DNA of 64,000 nt from Candidatus Azobacteroides sp. (GTDB lineage: Bacteria; Bacteroidota; Bacteroidia; Bacteroidales; WRGA01), in NCBI GenBank assembly GCA_009787405.1, contig WRGA01000120.1, positions 1,165 through 65,164 of the forward strand. The letters run 5' to 3'. This document shows positions 48,217-58,359 of this stretch, in pieces (the stretch's first letter is position 1; every line of letters begins with the position of its first letter). The translations under genes were made by a program, and so were the position numbers. The notes beneath the pieces are model-generated. The model was given only the letters and a program-made list of their open reading frames with translations, was not told where the DNA came from and searched no databases.

Positions 48217-48225
48217 GAGTTATAT

Positions 48226-48837
48226 ATGATTATGGAAATAAAAACAGCAGAATTTGTCATCAGCAACACAGACGTGAAGAAATGTCCGGGAGACGGTCGT
48301 CCGGAATATGCATTTATCGGCCGCTCGAATGTGGGTAAATCGTCGCTAATCAACACGCTGACAAATCATAAGAGTCTGGCCTTGACTTCTTCCACTCCGG
48401 GAAAAACACAATTGATCAATCATTTTTTAATCAATAACGAATGGTATTTGGTCGATTTGCCCGGTTACGGATTTGCCCAACGCGGAAAAGCAGGCAGGGA
48501 AAGCATCCGTAAAATCATAGACCATTATATTCTCTATCGTGATACGCTGACCTGCTTGTTCCTGCTGATCGATTGCCGCCATGAACCTCGTCAAATCGAT
48601 CTGGAATTTATCGAATTTTTAGGCGAAAACGGCATTCCGTTCTGCATCGTTTTTACCAAAACCGATAAAATCAGCAAAAGCAAACTCGCACTAAATACAA
48701 CCGATTACAAAAATAAACTGCTGGAAACTTGGGAAGAACTGCCCCCCGTATTTTTCACGTCATCCTTGAAAAAAGAAGGCAAAGAAGATATTTTGGATTA
48801 TATCGATCGCATAAATCAAGGGTTGAACAAGGCATAA
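48226..48837 (+). CDS. engB: Ribosome-biogenesis GTPase YihA/YsxC
   Basis: G1 [13 protein letters not shown]3 DLPGYGFA, G4 TKTDK. Confidence 0.9.
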   Translation: MIMEIKTAEFVISNTDVKKCPGDGRPEYAFIGRSNVGKSSLINTLTNHKSLALTSSTPGKTQLINHFLINNEWYLVDLPGYGFAQRGKAGRESIRKIIDHYILYRDTLTCLFLLIDCRHEPRQIDLEFIEFLGENGIPFCIVFTKTDKISKSKLALNTTDYKNKLLETWEELPPVFFTSSLKKEGKEDILDYIDRINQGLNKA

Positions 48838-48878
48838 GATAAGAGGAACAAAAAAATAAACTGAAGATTCGCAACAGT

Positions 48879-49785
48879 ATGGCCGAATTTTTAACTTTTG
48901 CTTATCAGTCGAAAGGCGAGGGTGTAGAAGTGCGTGTACAAGACGACACAATTTGGCTGTCGCAAAAAAACATGGGATTGCTGTTCGATACTTCTACCGA
49001 TAATATCGGGTTGCATCTTAAAAATATTTATGCCGAAGGCAAGTTAAACGAATTTTCAACTACCGAGGATTTCTCGGTAGTTCAACAGGAAGGTAATCGT
49101 GAAGTTTGCAGAATGGTGAAACGCTGCAATTTGGATGCCGTTATAGCTATCGGCTATCGTGTAAATTCCAAACAGGCAACGACCTTTCGGTAATGGGCAA
49201 CGGTTGTTTTACGTGATTTTACATTACGGGAATATATTATCGACCGAAAAAGAATGGAAAACGGCGTTTTTCTCGACGATGACTATTGCAATGGATTATA
49301 ATCCTGAATCGCCCACAACCAGAATGTTTTTTGCAAAAGTTCAAAACAAAATGCATTATGCAGTACATAAACATACGGCTATCGAATTGATTTATCGCCG
49401 AGCCGACCACACAAAAGAAAATATGGAATTGGCCTCTTGGGAAAAATCACCCGGCGGAAAAATTGTAAAAAAACAGATGTAATGATAGCCAAAAACTACT
49501 TGGCAGAAAACGAATTGGAGTTGCCGGAGCGCATTGTCAACGGTTATTTGGATTTTGCCGAAGAGTACGTCAAACGGCATGTTCCTCTCACTAGAGGATT
49601 GGGCAAAACATTTGGATTTGATTTTGCAAGCAAACGGAAGGGATTTGTTACAAAATGCAGGCAAAATAACGGCTGCACTTGCCAAACAACACGCCGAAAC
49701 CGAACTTGAAAAATACCGTCCCATTCAAGACCGCTTTTTTGAATCGGATTTTGATAAAGCGCTGAAAATGCTTGAAAAACAATAA
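48879..49785 (+). pseudogene. RhuM-family protein, multiply disrupted
   Basis: The RhuM-like sequence runs through three frames: ...VIAIGYRVNSKQATTFR* WATVVLRDF, then AMDYNPESPTTRMFFAKVQNKMHYAVHKHTA, then IAKNYLAENELELPERIVNGYLDFAE, then EDWAKHLDLILQANGRDLLQNAGKIT. There is one in-frame TAA, at least 3 frameshifts and an internal deletion. Confidence 0.8.
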
Positions 49786-49826
49786 TATATGTTCACAAAA
49801 TCAAATAATAAGCAGACAAACTAACG

Positions 49827-49868
49827 AGTAGACGAGATTGGCTTTGTGACATCCGAAACTCGTCTACT
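49827..49868. repeat. Hairpin element, family 3 (likely bidirectional terminator), copy 2
   Basis: agtagacgag / ctcgtctact stem. The loop again contains catccgaaact. Lies between convergent genes. Confidence 0.65.
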
Positions 49869-49882
49869 TGTTTACTGTATAC

Positions 49883-52111
49883 TTATTTCTTGATGAATTT
49901 CACCGTTTCGCTTCCCGATTTAGTTTTGATCTCCATAAAGTAAACGCCCGGCAAAAGGTTTTTGACATTCACCGTTCCAGAAATTGCACCAAATTCGGAT
50001 ACCGGGACTCCGGCGATGTTCCGGATAACTACCCATTCGATGCCGTCCGTTTCCGAAACATACAAGAAATCGGTTGCGGGATTCGGATATACTGCTATTT
50101 CGGAATGACCCGTCTTTTTAAGTACGGTTGGATCTTCTGCAAGCGTTGTAAATGTCGATACACGGCCATTGAATGTTCCTTCTGCTGTTATTGCGTAAGC
50201 GTAGAACTTATATTGCGTATCGGGTATCAGCTCAGTCAAATTACCGTCTGCACTTTCTTTCCAGACGGCGGAAGACATTTCTTTATACATAAAGCCTTGC
50301 GATGTAACGACTGACCCATTGGCAGTTACGGTTTTATCAAGCGTAGCCGAATTATGTGTGATATCGGTGACAGTCGTCGATGTGGTAACTGTCGGGTCGG
50401 TAGGGCATTTGGTTTTGAATGTTATTTTCTGACTTCTGACCTCATCACCACATTCATTTATCGCTGTAATCCAAACTTCATAAGTGGTACAAGGTTGAAA
50501 TCTTGGTGACGGAGTTACATTTAAAGTACTTCCACCGCTTCGACTTGCACTCGATGCGGTGGGACTTGTATAGTTCCAAATCCTATAATCTATGGCATTC
50601 GCACAAGCGTCCCAACTGAAAGTAGCTCCATTATCAGTCGGATTTGACACGACAATATTGGTTGGCGTTGCAGGTAAATTGGCTGCTCTATCGCTATAAG
50701 AAGCAATGACATGTTTCATTTCCCGTAAACTGCGGGAAGCATCGGCTTTCGCAGCATCGCCAATGGCAACGGAAATTCCGGAATAATCGATATTTATATT
50801 TGGGTTTGAAAAATAGGAAACACGTTCCCTAGCTATTTCATCAGAATAATACCTGCTATCTGGATAAGACATTACTGAACAATATTTATTCGTACCTCCT
50901 TGCCAATCCCAGCCATACGAATAGGAAAATATTCCGGTACCAGGATCTATCATATTTGCGCCGTGCGCCAAACCCATATTATGCCCTATTTCGTGAACAG
51001 AAGAAAAACGACCACCGGATGGGCTAGCTATATTTCCGATATTAACAACCGAAAAAGCTTTGTCATAATTGGAATCTACATTAAGTAAATCACCCATTCC
51101 GCCACCATTTGTTCCAATCAATTGCACCAGGTCGGCATTATACTGTCTACGCAATTCATGAACATTGTCCATATAACCATCGTAAGGATCGCATAGTCGT
51201 CTCAATGAAGTGCTAATTTCATTGTCTTGTGAGGTAGTCATCTCATTTTCTTCGATATAAGATACTAGTTCCGAATGAACAAGAGTAAGCGTTATACCTG
51301 TCTGGCTGCTACTAAAGCAGGTATTTCCCCAAGCGATCATTGTTGAGATGATATTATTTATCCCGCCGTATGAATTTGCATACGACGCTGCTGCAGGAGT
51401 ATAAACAACCAATAGATCAATAGTTGCAGGATTGTCCGGATCAGCAAATACATCGGGACCACAACTTGCTTGAGCGCTTCTCAACGGCGGTGTTTTTACA
51501 TTTCCGTCTACATCGGTTACACTTACTTCTGCTTCTTTGGAAATGGATATGTCATCATTTTCAAAATGAGTACGTTCAATCTTGCTTTCGTCTATTTCGA
51601 TAAGATAACTCCTTGCATCAGAGCCATACCTGCTCCCGAAATTCTGAGCAAATTCGGGAATCGATACGGTAACAAGCGACTTACCTTCCGGACTTGTTGT
51701 GATAATAGCAAAAGCCATCGGATAGTCGGGCAACTTCAATGTGAGTGTAAAATTGCCGTTCACATTGGTAACAATGTTGCTTACCGTAGCCGTATAAGTT
51801 TTACCTTCAAAAAGTTGTAAATTAACAATATCGCCCACAGATACGCTCTTTGCGTTTTGCAGAGCGGGATTAATAGCAAAAACGCGATAGGCTTTTGCTT
51901 CTTTCAAAAGTTCTTGCGGAATAATATCCGCTAATGCAGCTCTTAAATTAAAATCAGCATTTTCATCGTTCAAATTAATAACTCGTTGCGCCGGAACATT
52001 CATTGACGCACATACTAACATCAGAAAAACGAAAACTCTTTTCAGACTCGCCGCGTTTTTTTGAATGGTTTCTGCCTCCATTACTCGTATTCGGTTTAAA
52101 AACTGTTGCAT
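49883..52111 (-). CDS. Secreted zinc metalloprotease (metzincin/reprolysin-like) with Fn3-like domains and a T9SS C-terminal domain
   Basis: HEIGHNMGLAHG zinc site. Signal KRVFVFLMLVCASMNVPAQ (start 52111 or 52081; the track start 52255 is too long). C-terminal LPGVYFMEIKTKSGSETVKFIKK is a T9SS-like tail. Confidence 0.85.
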   Translation of the reverse strand: MQQFLNRIRVMEAETIQKNAASLKRVFVFLMLVCASMNVPAQRVINLNDENADFNLRAALADIIPQELLKEAKAYRVFAINPALQNAKSVSVGDIVNLQLFEGKTYTATVSNIVTNVNGNFTLTLKLPDYPMAFAIITTSPEGKSLVTVSIPEFAQNFGSRYGSDARSYLIEIDESKIERTHFENDDISISKEAEVSVTDVDGNVKTPPLRSAQASCGPDVFADPDNPATIDLLVVYTPAAASYANSYGGINNIISTMIAWGNTCFSSSQTGITLTLVHSELVSYIEENEMTTSQDNEISTSLRRLCDPYDGYMDNVHELRRQYNADLVQLIGTNGGGMGDLLNVDSNYDKAFSVVNIGNIASPSGGRFSSVHEIGHNMGLAHGANMIDPGTGIFSYSYGWDWQGGTNKYCSVMSYPDSRYYSDEIARERVSYFSNPNINIDYSGISVAIGDAAKADASRSLREMKHVIASYSDRAANLPATPTNIVVSNPTDNGATFSWDACANAIDYRIWNYTSPTASSASRSGGSTLNVTPSPRFQPCTTYEVWITAINECGDEVRSQKITFKTKCPTDPTVTTSTTVTDITHNSATLDKTVTANGSVVTSQGFMYKEMSSAVWKESADGNLTELIPDTQYKFYAYAITAEGTFNGRVSTFTTLAEDPTVLKKTGHSEIAVYPNPATDFLYVSETDGIEWVVIRNIAGVPVSEFGAISGTVNVKNLLPGVYFMEIKTKSGSETVKFIKK

Positions 52112-52448
52112 AACTTTAATTTTTAAATTATTAATAATGAATTGGTTATAAAATTTCTCATCGAAAATGCAACCACACAAAAAAAGCGTGAAACTGTTCG
52201 TTGATTGCTTATTTATATGTCTCGGCTCTGGTAAACCGTTTCCTCCAATAAGCACGAACAGTTCACGCTTTTAGAGCGTGAACCTTCGCTACTTTATTCT
52301 CGAGGGAAATTTACCAGATTTCAGACATATGAGAATAAGAGCGTTAAGCTCAAATTTTAATTCTATGTTTTATCTTTCCGGACAATCGGAACAAATAGTG
52401 CTTATCGGCACTGTTTGTTTGTTTTTATATCATACTCAAAAATTTTGT

Positions 52449-52608
52449 TAATCATTCGGAGGCAAAAATACTGCTTTTCCTATTATAAATAATCGAAATG
52501 CGTAAATTTTTTGGGAGAAAAAGCAAATTTTAGCCGGGTCATGCCTTGTCATCCTTGAAACATTATGTTTTTACGTTTTAGAATTTTTAAATACCCCTTA
52601 TGTAGCAA
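52449..52608. repeat. Dispersed about 150-bp repeat, family 4, copy 2
   Basis: Closely similar to 11510-11650, with a divergent about 25-nt core. Confidence 0.8.
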
Positions 52609-52913
52609 AAAAACAAACAACTGAATTAGAATAGCTTGTATTTTTGTTATTTTTATGGAGCTGTATATAATATCGGAAACTATTGAGTAGGTTATACCTT
52701 AATATTCTCTCCTGCAAAGCCTCGCTGTTCGAAAATAAACTGCCGGGTGTGTTCTTTCGGGCGAACATATACATTACAAAATTATGTTTTTCCTACAGAA
52801 AACGCCCATTTTTATGAAAAATAGATCGCAACAGGCTGATTATCAACGGTGATTTTTAAGGTTATAAAACGTGCAAAAACAGGAATAAGGTTGGGATTAT
52901 GAAAAAAATCCCA

Positions 52914-52921
52914 TATATTTG
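52914..52921 (+). promoter_or_regulatory. Bacteroidetes -7 promoter box (TAnnTTTG)
   Basis: tatatttg, 15 nt upstream of ATG 52936. Confidence 0.35.
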
Positions 52922-52935
52922 CAAGAGGAAAAAGA

Positions 52936-53262
52936 ATGATGAAGCGTCCACAAATAATTCAATCGGTTAAAAAAATATTGCGCGAGGTTACGCCCGAAGC
53001 AGAGGTAATTCTCTACGGTTCGGAAGCTCGTGGCGATGCCCGCAAAAACAGCGATATTGATTTGTTGATACTGATAGATAAGGAAAAAATCACCAATCAG
53101 GACATAATTGATATCACTTATCCTTTATATGATTTGGAATCGGCATTCAATTATCAAATCAGTATCAGCCCGTTGGTTTACAGCCGCAAACAATGGCATG
53201 ACCGTCATTTTCGTACACCGTTTTACATTAATGTAATGAATGAAGGGGTGAAATTGCAATGA
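52936..53262 (+). CDS. Minimal nucleotidyltransferase (MNT/MntA-type antitoxin)
   Basis: GSEARGDARKNSDIDLLIL (GSxxRGx(n)DxD) motif. 108 aa. ATGA overlap with the downstream HEPN remnant. Confidence 0.85.
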   Translation: MMKRPQIIQSVKKILREVTPEAEVILYGSEARGDARKNSDIDLLILIDKEKITNQDIIDITYPLYDLESAFNYQISISPLVYSRKQWHDRHFRTPFYINVMNEGVKLQ

Positions 53263-53535
53263 AACAACAAGCTCTAACAAAGCCTTATTGATAAGATAAG
53301 AAACAACATTGTAACCCAAGCACATCAGGGCGTAAAACAAATGTTTTCGTTACATTTTGTTGCTAACAATAAAATCGGTAAACAACACTCTATTTTCTAC
53401 AGCAGATTGTTTAACGACCGAATGAGCGGCGACTATGACGATTTTGTGCATTATGACAGTGAAACGATAAACACTTTGCGCCCGCAAGCCGAAGAATTTA
53501 TCTCTATTATTGAAGAAGAACTTAAAAAAGAATAG
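53259..53535 (+). pseudogene. HEPN-domain toxin (HepT-like), N-terminal half deleted or frameshifted
   Basis: ATG 53259 gives only MKQQALTKPY*. A different frame from about 53299 reads RNNIVTQAHQGVKQMFSLHFV...RMSGDYDDF..., which looks like the C-terminal half of small HEPN proteins. Confidence 0.7.
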
Positions 53536-53579
53536 ATTCGGGGATATTCGGATTTCACGCCTATAGTGTGTTACCGGCT

Positions 53580-54812
53580 TTAAAAATTCTTGTCATTCTC
53601 CGGTCTGCTTATCTCATATTGAACCAAATAATCAACAATATCTTTTGCTGCCTCCTGCTTCGATTTCAAGGGAAAATCCGTTTTTTTGCCTGATTTGTCT
53701 ATAATCGTAATTTGATTGGTATCGCTACGGAATCCGGCTCCCGGGTTTCGCAATGAATTTAAGACGATGAAATCAAGATTTTTACGTTCCATTTTGGAGA
53801 TGGCATTGAGTTCTTCATCGTCGGTTTCGAGCGCAAAACCGATCAACCTCTGATTTTCTTTTTTCAGGCCGCCCAAACTTGCCGCAATGTCCCGCGTCGG
53901 TTTCAAGTGCAGTATCATATCTTCTTTTTTCCGTTTGATCTTGCTCGAAGCAACCTGTCCGGGTGTAAAATCGGCAACAGCAGCACAGAGTATGGCTATA
54001 TTCATCTCCTTAAATAGATTTGTCGAAGCCTCATACATTTCTTGTGCGCTTTCAACCGGAACAATTTTAATTCGCGGATGTCCGGCTTTGAGGGTTACCG
54101 GCCCCGAAACAAGCGTCACTTCGGCACCGCGGCCGGCACATTCTTCGGCTAAGGCATATCCCATTTTGCCGGAAGAATAATTGCCGATAAAACGTACCGG
54201 ATCTATCTTTTCATACGTAGGTCCCGCCGTGATCAGAATTTTTTTTTTAGACAAATCTTCCCGGGTGGCAAAGAAATTGTTCAACACGGCGACAATTTTT
54301 TCCGGTTCTTCCATGCGCCCTTTGCCTTGCAATCCGCTGGCCAATTCGCCTTCGCCGGGTTCAATGACATAATTGCCGAAGGAACGCAATGTAGCGATGT
54401 TTCGTTGAGTGGCGGGATGCAGATACATGTCGAAATCCATGGCCGGCGCAACAAAAACCGGACAACGGCACGACAAATAAGCGGTCAGCAGGTAATTGTC
54501 GCAGATTCCGTTTGCCATTTTAGCCATGGTATTGGCTGATGCGGGAGCAATGACCATGGCATCTCCCCAAAGTCCGAGTTCGACATGACTGTTCCACATA
54601 CCGCTTTCATCACGGAAAAATTCGCTCAACACCGGTTTTCCGCTTAACGCGGAAAGCGTGACGGGAGTAATAAATTCTTTTCCCGCCGCCGTGATCAACA
54701 CCTGCACTTCCGCGCCCTGTTTGATCAGCAACCGGATAAGATATGCTGACTTATAGGCGGCAATACTTCCGGTTATTCCCACGATGATTTTCTTCCCTTT
54801 CATACCGATCAC
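53580..54812 (-). CDS. coaBC: Bifunctional phosphopantothenoylcysteine decarboxylase / phosphopantothenate-cysteine ligase
   Basis: Flavoprotein N-domain GITGSIAAYKS and C-terminal DFP domain (ITAGPTYEKIDPVRFIGNYSSGKMG). Confidence 0.92.
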   Translation of the reverse strand: MIGMKGKKIIVGITGSIAAYKSAYLIRLLIKQGAEVQVLITAAGKEFITPVTLSALSGKPVLSEFFRDESGMWNSHVELGLWGDAMVIAPASANTMAKMANGICDNYLLTAYLSCRCPVFVAPAMDFDMYLHPATQRNIATLRSFGNYVIEPGEGELASGLQGKGRMEEPEKIVAVLNNFFATREDLSKKKILITAGPTYEKIDPVRFIGNYSSGKMGYALAEECAGRGAEVTLVSGPVTLKAGHPRIKIVPVESAQEMYEASTNLFKEMNIAILCAAVADFTPGQVASSKIKRKKEDMILHLKPTRDIAASLGGLKKENQRLIGFALETDDEELNAISKMERKNLDFIVLNSLRNPGAGFRSDTNQITIIDKSGKKTDFPLKSKQEAAKDIVDYLVQYEISRPENDKNF

Positions 54813-55576
54813 TTGTTGAAATCGCGTAATTTAATATTGGTCAGAACTTTTTTGGTGTCTAATGTAAAATCTCCCTGCATGATCCAACCATAATAACCGG
54901 GATCTTCTTTTAATACATCTGTCACCAGCCGATTTTTGTATTTTCCGAAATTAAACATTTCCCGGTCTTTATCATCGTACACGATGCGTCCGGCAAAATC
55001 CGCATTTCTGGTAAAAGACGAATAATTCGATAAAAAAACGATGTCATTCTTCAATTCGGGATATCGGTCCAATTGCGACTTCAAGACCTCATACGTGGCT
55101 TTGGTGTCGGCTTCCGCCGTATGGGCATGATCCAAATCTTTATCGCAATAAAATTTGTAGGCAGCTGCCAATGTCCGTTGTTCCATTTTATGGAAAATGG
55201 TTTGAACATCGACAAATTTTCGTTTGCGGAAATCCAAATCAATGCCGGCGCGTAAAAATTCTTCCGCCAACAAGGGAATATCGAACCGATTGGAATTATA
55301 ACCGGCCAGATCGCATCCCTCCATGTTCTTCACCAGATTTTTGGCGATTTCTTTGAATGTCGGAGCATGGATCACATCTGCGTCCGATATGCCGTGTATG
55401 GCCGTTGCATATGCCGGAATAGGCATTTCGGGATTGATCCGGTATGTTTTGTTTTCTTCTTTTCCGTTAGGATATACTTTCAAATAAGAAAGTTCAACGA
55501 TCCGGTCTTTGGCGATGTTGATGCCGGTGGTTTCGAGATCAAAAAATATCAACGGATTTTTCAGGCTTAATTCCAT
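54809..55576 (-). CDS. DnaQ-like 3'-5' exonuclease domain protein
   Basis: Exo motifs FFDLETTG, HGISD and HTAEADT. 4-nt overlap with coaBC. Confidence 0.85.
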   Translation of the reverse strand: MELSLKNPLIFFDLETTGINIAKDRIVELSYLKVYPNGKEENKTYRINPEMPIPAYATAIHGISDADVIHAPTFKEIAKNLVKNMEGCDLAGYNSNRFDIPLLAEEFLRAGIDLDFRKRKFVDVQTIFHKMEQRTLAAAYKFYCDKDLDHAHTAEADTKATYEVLKSQLDRYPELKNDIVFLSNYSSFTRNADFAGRIVYDDKDREMFNFGKYKNRLVTDVLKEDPGYYGWIMQGDFTLDTKKVLTNIKLRDFNK

Positions 55577-55590
55577 GCTTCCTGTTCAAT

Positions 55591-56715
55591 TTATTCGCTC
55601 AACATCATCGGCATCAAGAGCATCAACAAATCTTCGTTTTCTTCGTTTTCCAACGGATAAATGATTCCGGCGCGTGAAGGATCGGACAGTTCGATCACAA
55701 TGTCGGATGCCGGCAAATTATATAACAAATCGATGAAGAAGTCTGCTTTGAACCCGATAATAAGCCCTTCGCCGTCATATTGACATGGAACGGTTTCCTC
55801 TGCCGACGTCGAAAAGTCAATGTCTTGAGCCGTCAGCATAATATTATTTTCGATAATTTGCAATTTCACCAGACAGGTTCCCTGATTCGCAAACACCGAA
55901 ACCCGTTTCAAAGCCGTCATGAAGCTCATCCGGTCGATGGTTATTTTATGGGCGTTTCCGGTAGGAATCACCGAATTGTAGTTGGGAAATTTGCCTTCGA
56001 CCAACCGACAGACCATTTTGTAATTAGCCACCAAAACAACGGCATTTTTGTCGTCAAAACTGATTTTGGCTTCACCGGATTCCTTCGGCAAAATATTTCT
56101 CAACAAAGTAGCCGGCTTTTTGGGGAAAATAAACGAAGATGCTTCATTTCCTTTCAACGCCATTTCTTTGAAACGAACCAGCTTGTGTCCGTTTGTCGCG
56201 ACAAACGTAACGTCGTCGGGGCTGATATCAATATAAATACCGTTCATAACGGGACGCAATTCATCGTCAGCCGTGGCAAACAAGGTCAAATTGATTCCGT
56301 TCAACAAATCGCTCACACTCATGGATAGAGAGGTTGCATTGTCTTTCAGTTCCGGCATTTGAGGATATTCTTCTCCTTTTTGTCCGATAAAATTACATTT
56401 TCCGTTTTGGAAATAAATGAATATCTCGATGTTATCGTCGTTAATGTCGAATGTCAACGGTTGTTCGGGAAATTCTTTCAATGGATCCAACAATAATTTG
56501 GCCGAAACCGCAAACTTTCCGCTCCCGGAAACATTTGTAACCTCCATAGAAGTTACCAAGGTCGTTTCTCCGTCCGACGCGGTCATTTTCAATGTATTAC
56601 CGGCAAGCTCAAACAAAAAACTGTCTAAGATGGGAATCGTATTTTTTGAGTTGATCACCTTGTTAATGGCTTGCAAATGGCTTTGTAAAGCTGTACTTGA
56701 TACGACAAATTTCAT
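55591..56715 (-). CDS. dnaN: DNA polymerase III beta sliding clamp
   Basis: 374 aa; three-domain clamp pattern. The N-terminus MKFVVSSTALQSHLQAINKVI and the C-terminal LLMPMM are typical. Confidence 0.92.
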   Translation of the reverse strand: MKFVVSSTALQSHLQAINKVINSKNTIPILDSFLFELAGNTLKMTASDGETTLVTSMEVTNVSGSGKFAVSAKLLLDPLKEFPEQPLTFDINDDNIEIFIYFQNGKCNFIGQKGEEYPQMPELKDNATSLSMSVSDLLNGINLTLFATADDELRPVMNGIYIDISPDDVTFVATNGHKLVRFKEMALKGNEASSFIFPKKPATLLRNILPKESGEAKISFDDKNAVVLVANYKMVCRLVEGKFPNYNSVIPTGNAHKITIDRMSFMTALKRVSVFANQGTCLVKLQIIENNIMLTAQDIDFSTSAEETVPCQYDGEGLIIGFKADFFIDLLYNLPASDIVIELSDPSRAGIIYPLENEENEDLLMLLMPMMLSE

Positions 56716-56852
56716 GTTGTTATATTATTTATGGGTTATTCGGTTTCGAAGTCGGATACATCACACATCGCCGTCTTATCATGTTTTTACATGATAAAAC
56801 CGGAAAGCAAAAGTAGAAAAAAATGTCAGAAAACAAAAATGAATCTTATCTT

Positions 56853-57995
56853 TTATCCGTTTTTCCGGAACAGTAATTCGTAAACTTTCTCGTCAAAGTT
56901 CTTTCTATTGATTTGAAGAAGAGTGCTGATGCATTCAAAATAATTCTCATCCCCTTTTCCGCACTTAATTAATTTGAAAATACCATCCATTCCTTTCTGC
57001 TTTTCCACTTCCCCGCAAATTATGCCTGAAATAACCGCCTTTACGGATATCGGATTAGGGTATCCGTATTCGGCTAATGCATCTGGATTTTCATTGAATA
57101 AATCCGACAAATTCACTTCCGGATGAGCTTTGATATATTGCCGCAGAGCGGAAACCAACTCCGGCTGATCCGGTACCCGACCGTGAATATCAGCATGATA
57201 AGCATTCCCCCAAACATAAGCAATTCCCTCCTCTGCGGCGATATTGATCACTTTTCCCCGAATATTTGCCGCATATTTGTGAAAAATACCATGCGAAAAA
57301 TCTTCATTTTTCATGACGGAAAACAATGTTTTAGGGTCAACGATACCTCCGGTATTAATCATGCCGTTGAAATCCGAGTCGTAACAGCATCCTTGAAGCT
57401 GAAGCACCTCCTGATAATCAGCACACATATACATTTCCAAATCCATAACCGGTAAATGTAATTTTAAGGCCATCGTATTATTTTTTTGATTAAAAATTTC
57501 CGCCTTCTCCATATTGATTGTATCAGGATAATGATAAGTTATGGTACCGATTTGTTTTGTTTTCCAATATTTTGTATTGTATTTTATCGGACCGGTAAAA
57601 ATGATTCCGTCGTTTTCTTGTTTTGCAAGAATCGTGAAAATTTTCCCGATTTCATTATTTCCGATACAGGCAATGGTCGCCATAAAAGATGAAGGCGCGA
57701 CAGGATATAAATTAATCAATCGCCTTTTGAAATAATGTTCTGTAGTATCTTTGCTTCCCGGTTCTTTCAAATTTGCAAAATAATTCCGATTAAAATCAAA
57801 ATTATCGTTATCAATCAGATTGATGCTCATATTTCCGTTATCAATGCCGGTGAAAAGATCATCCAATGACATGATGATCCGATCTTTTATCGAATCAGAA
57901 AAAACAGTATGCAAATTTTTCGATATTTCAAGTTTTGTTTGCGCATCAATCATCCATGAAAAGATTGAAAACATAAATAATAATATTATTTTCAT
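56853..57995 (-). CDS. Hypothetical exported protein
   Basis: Signal-like MKIILLFMFSIFSWMIDAQ. 380 aa. No motif recognised. Confidence 0.55.
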   Translation of the reverse strand: MKIILLFMFSIFSWMIDAQTKLEISKNLHTVFSDSIKDRIIMSLDDLFTGIDNGNMSINLIDNDNFDFNRNYFANLKEPGSKDTTEHYFKRRLINLYPVAPSSFMATIACIGNNEIGKIFTILAKQENDGIIFTGPIKYNTKYWKTKQIGTITYHYPDTINMEKAEIFNQKNNTMALKLHLPVMDLEMYMCADYQEVLQLQGCCYDSDFNGMINTGGIVDPKTLFSVMKNEDFSHGIFHKYAANIRGKVINIAAEEGIAYVWGNAYHADIHGRVPDQPELVSALRQYIKAHPEVNLSDLFNENPDALAEYGYPNPISVKAVISGIICGEVEKQKGMDGIFKLIKCGKGDENYFECISTLLQINRKNFDEKVYELLFRKNG

Positions 57996-58073
57996 ATATT
58001 TATAAATTATTTAAATTTTATATTGATACTTTTTGAATATTTTCTCCTTTAACAAAGTCAAAATCAATTTGTC

Positions 58074-58235
58074 TCGCACAGATTACACGGATTACACGGA
58101 TTTCGGGTGATATTTTCGTTATTTCTTGTGTTTATTATTGCCGGGTTATCACTCTTTTCTATTTGACTTCGTCGATTTTCAATTCACAAATATATTGATT
58201 TTAAAAAATCTGTGCAATCCGTGAAATCTGTGCGA
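58074..58235. repeat. Long-hairpin repeat, family 2, copy 3
   Basis: tcgcacagattacacggattacacggattt ... aaaaatctgtgcaatccgtgaaatctgtgcga with an about 100-nt loop. Related to 27129-27584. Confidence 0.8.
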
Positions 58236-58317
58236 ATCCCCACTAAAAATACTACCATTTATCCGGTTAAAAATCAATTCGAGTTTCAGAAAGTATCTTG
58301 TTTTGAATATTGTTTTG

Positions 58318-58325
58318 TATCTTTG
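58318..58325 (+). promoter_or_regulatory. Bacteroidetes -7 promoter box (TAnnTTTG)
   Basis: tatctttg, 35 nt upstream of ATG 58360. Confidence 0.4.
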
Positions 58326-58359
58326 ATATTTTAAAGAAGCATATTACATTATTATAATT

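Noticed and set aside
52112-52255. N-terminal 48-aa extension of the metalloprotease ORF
   Set aside because: A signal peptide follows the internal Met (52111/52081). The extension covers an inverted repeat (agcgtgaaactgttcg / cgaacagttcacgct) that looks like leader RNA or DNA structure, not coding sequence.
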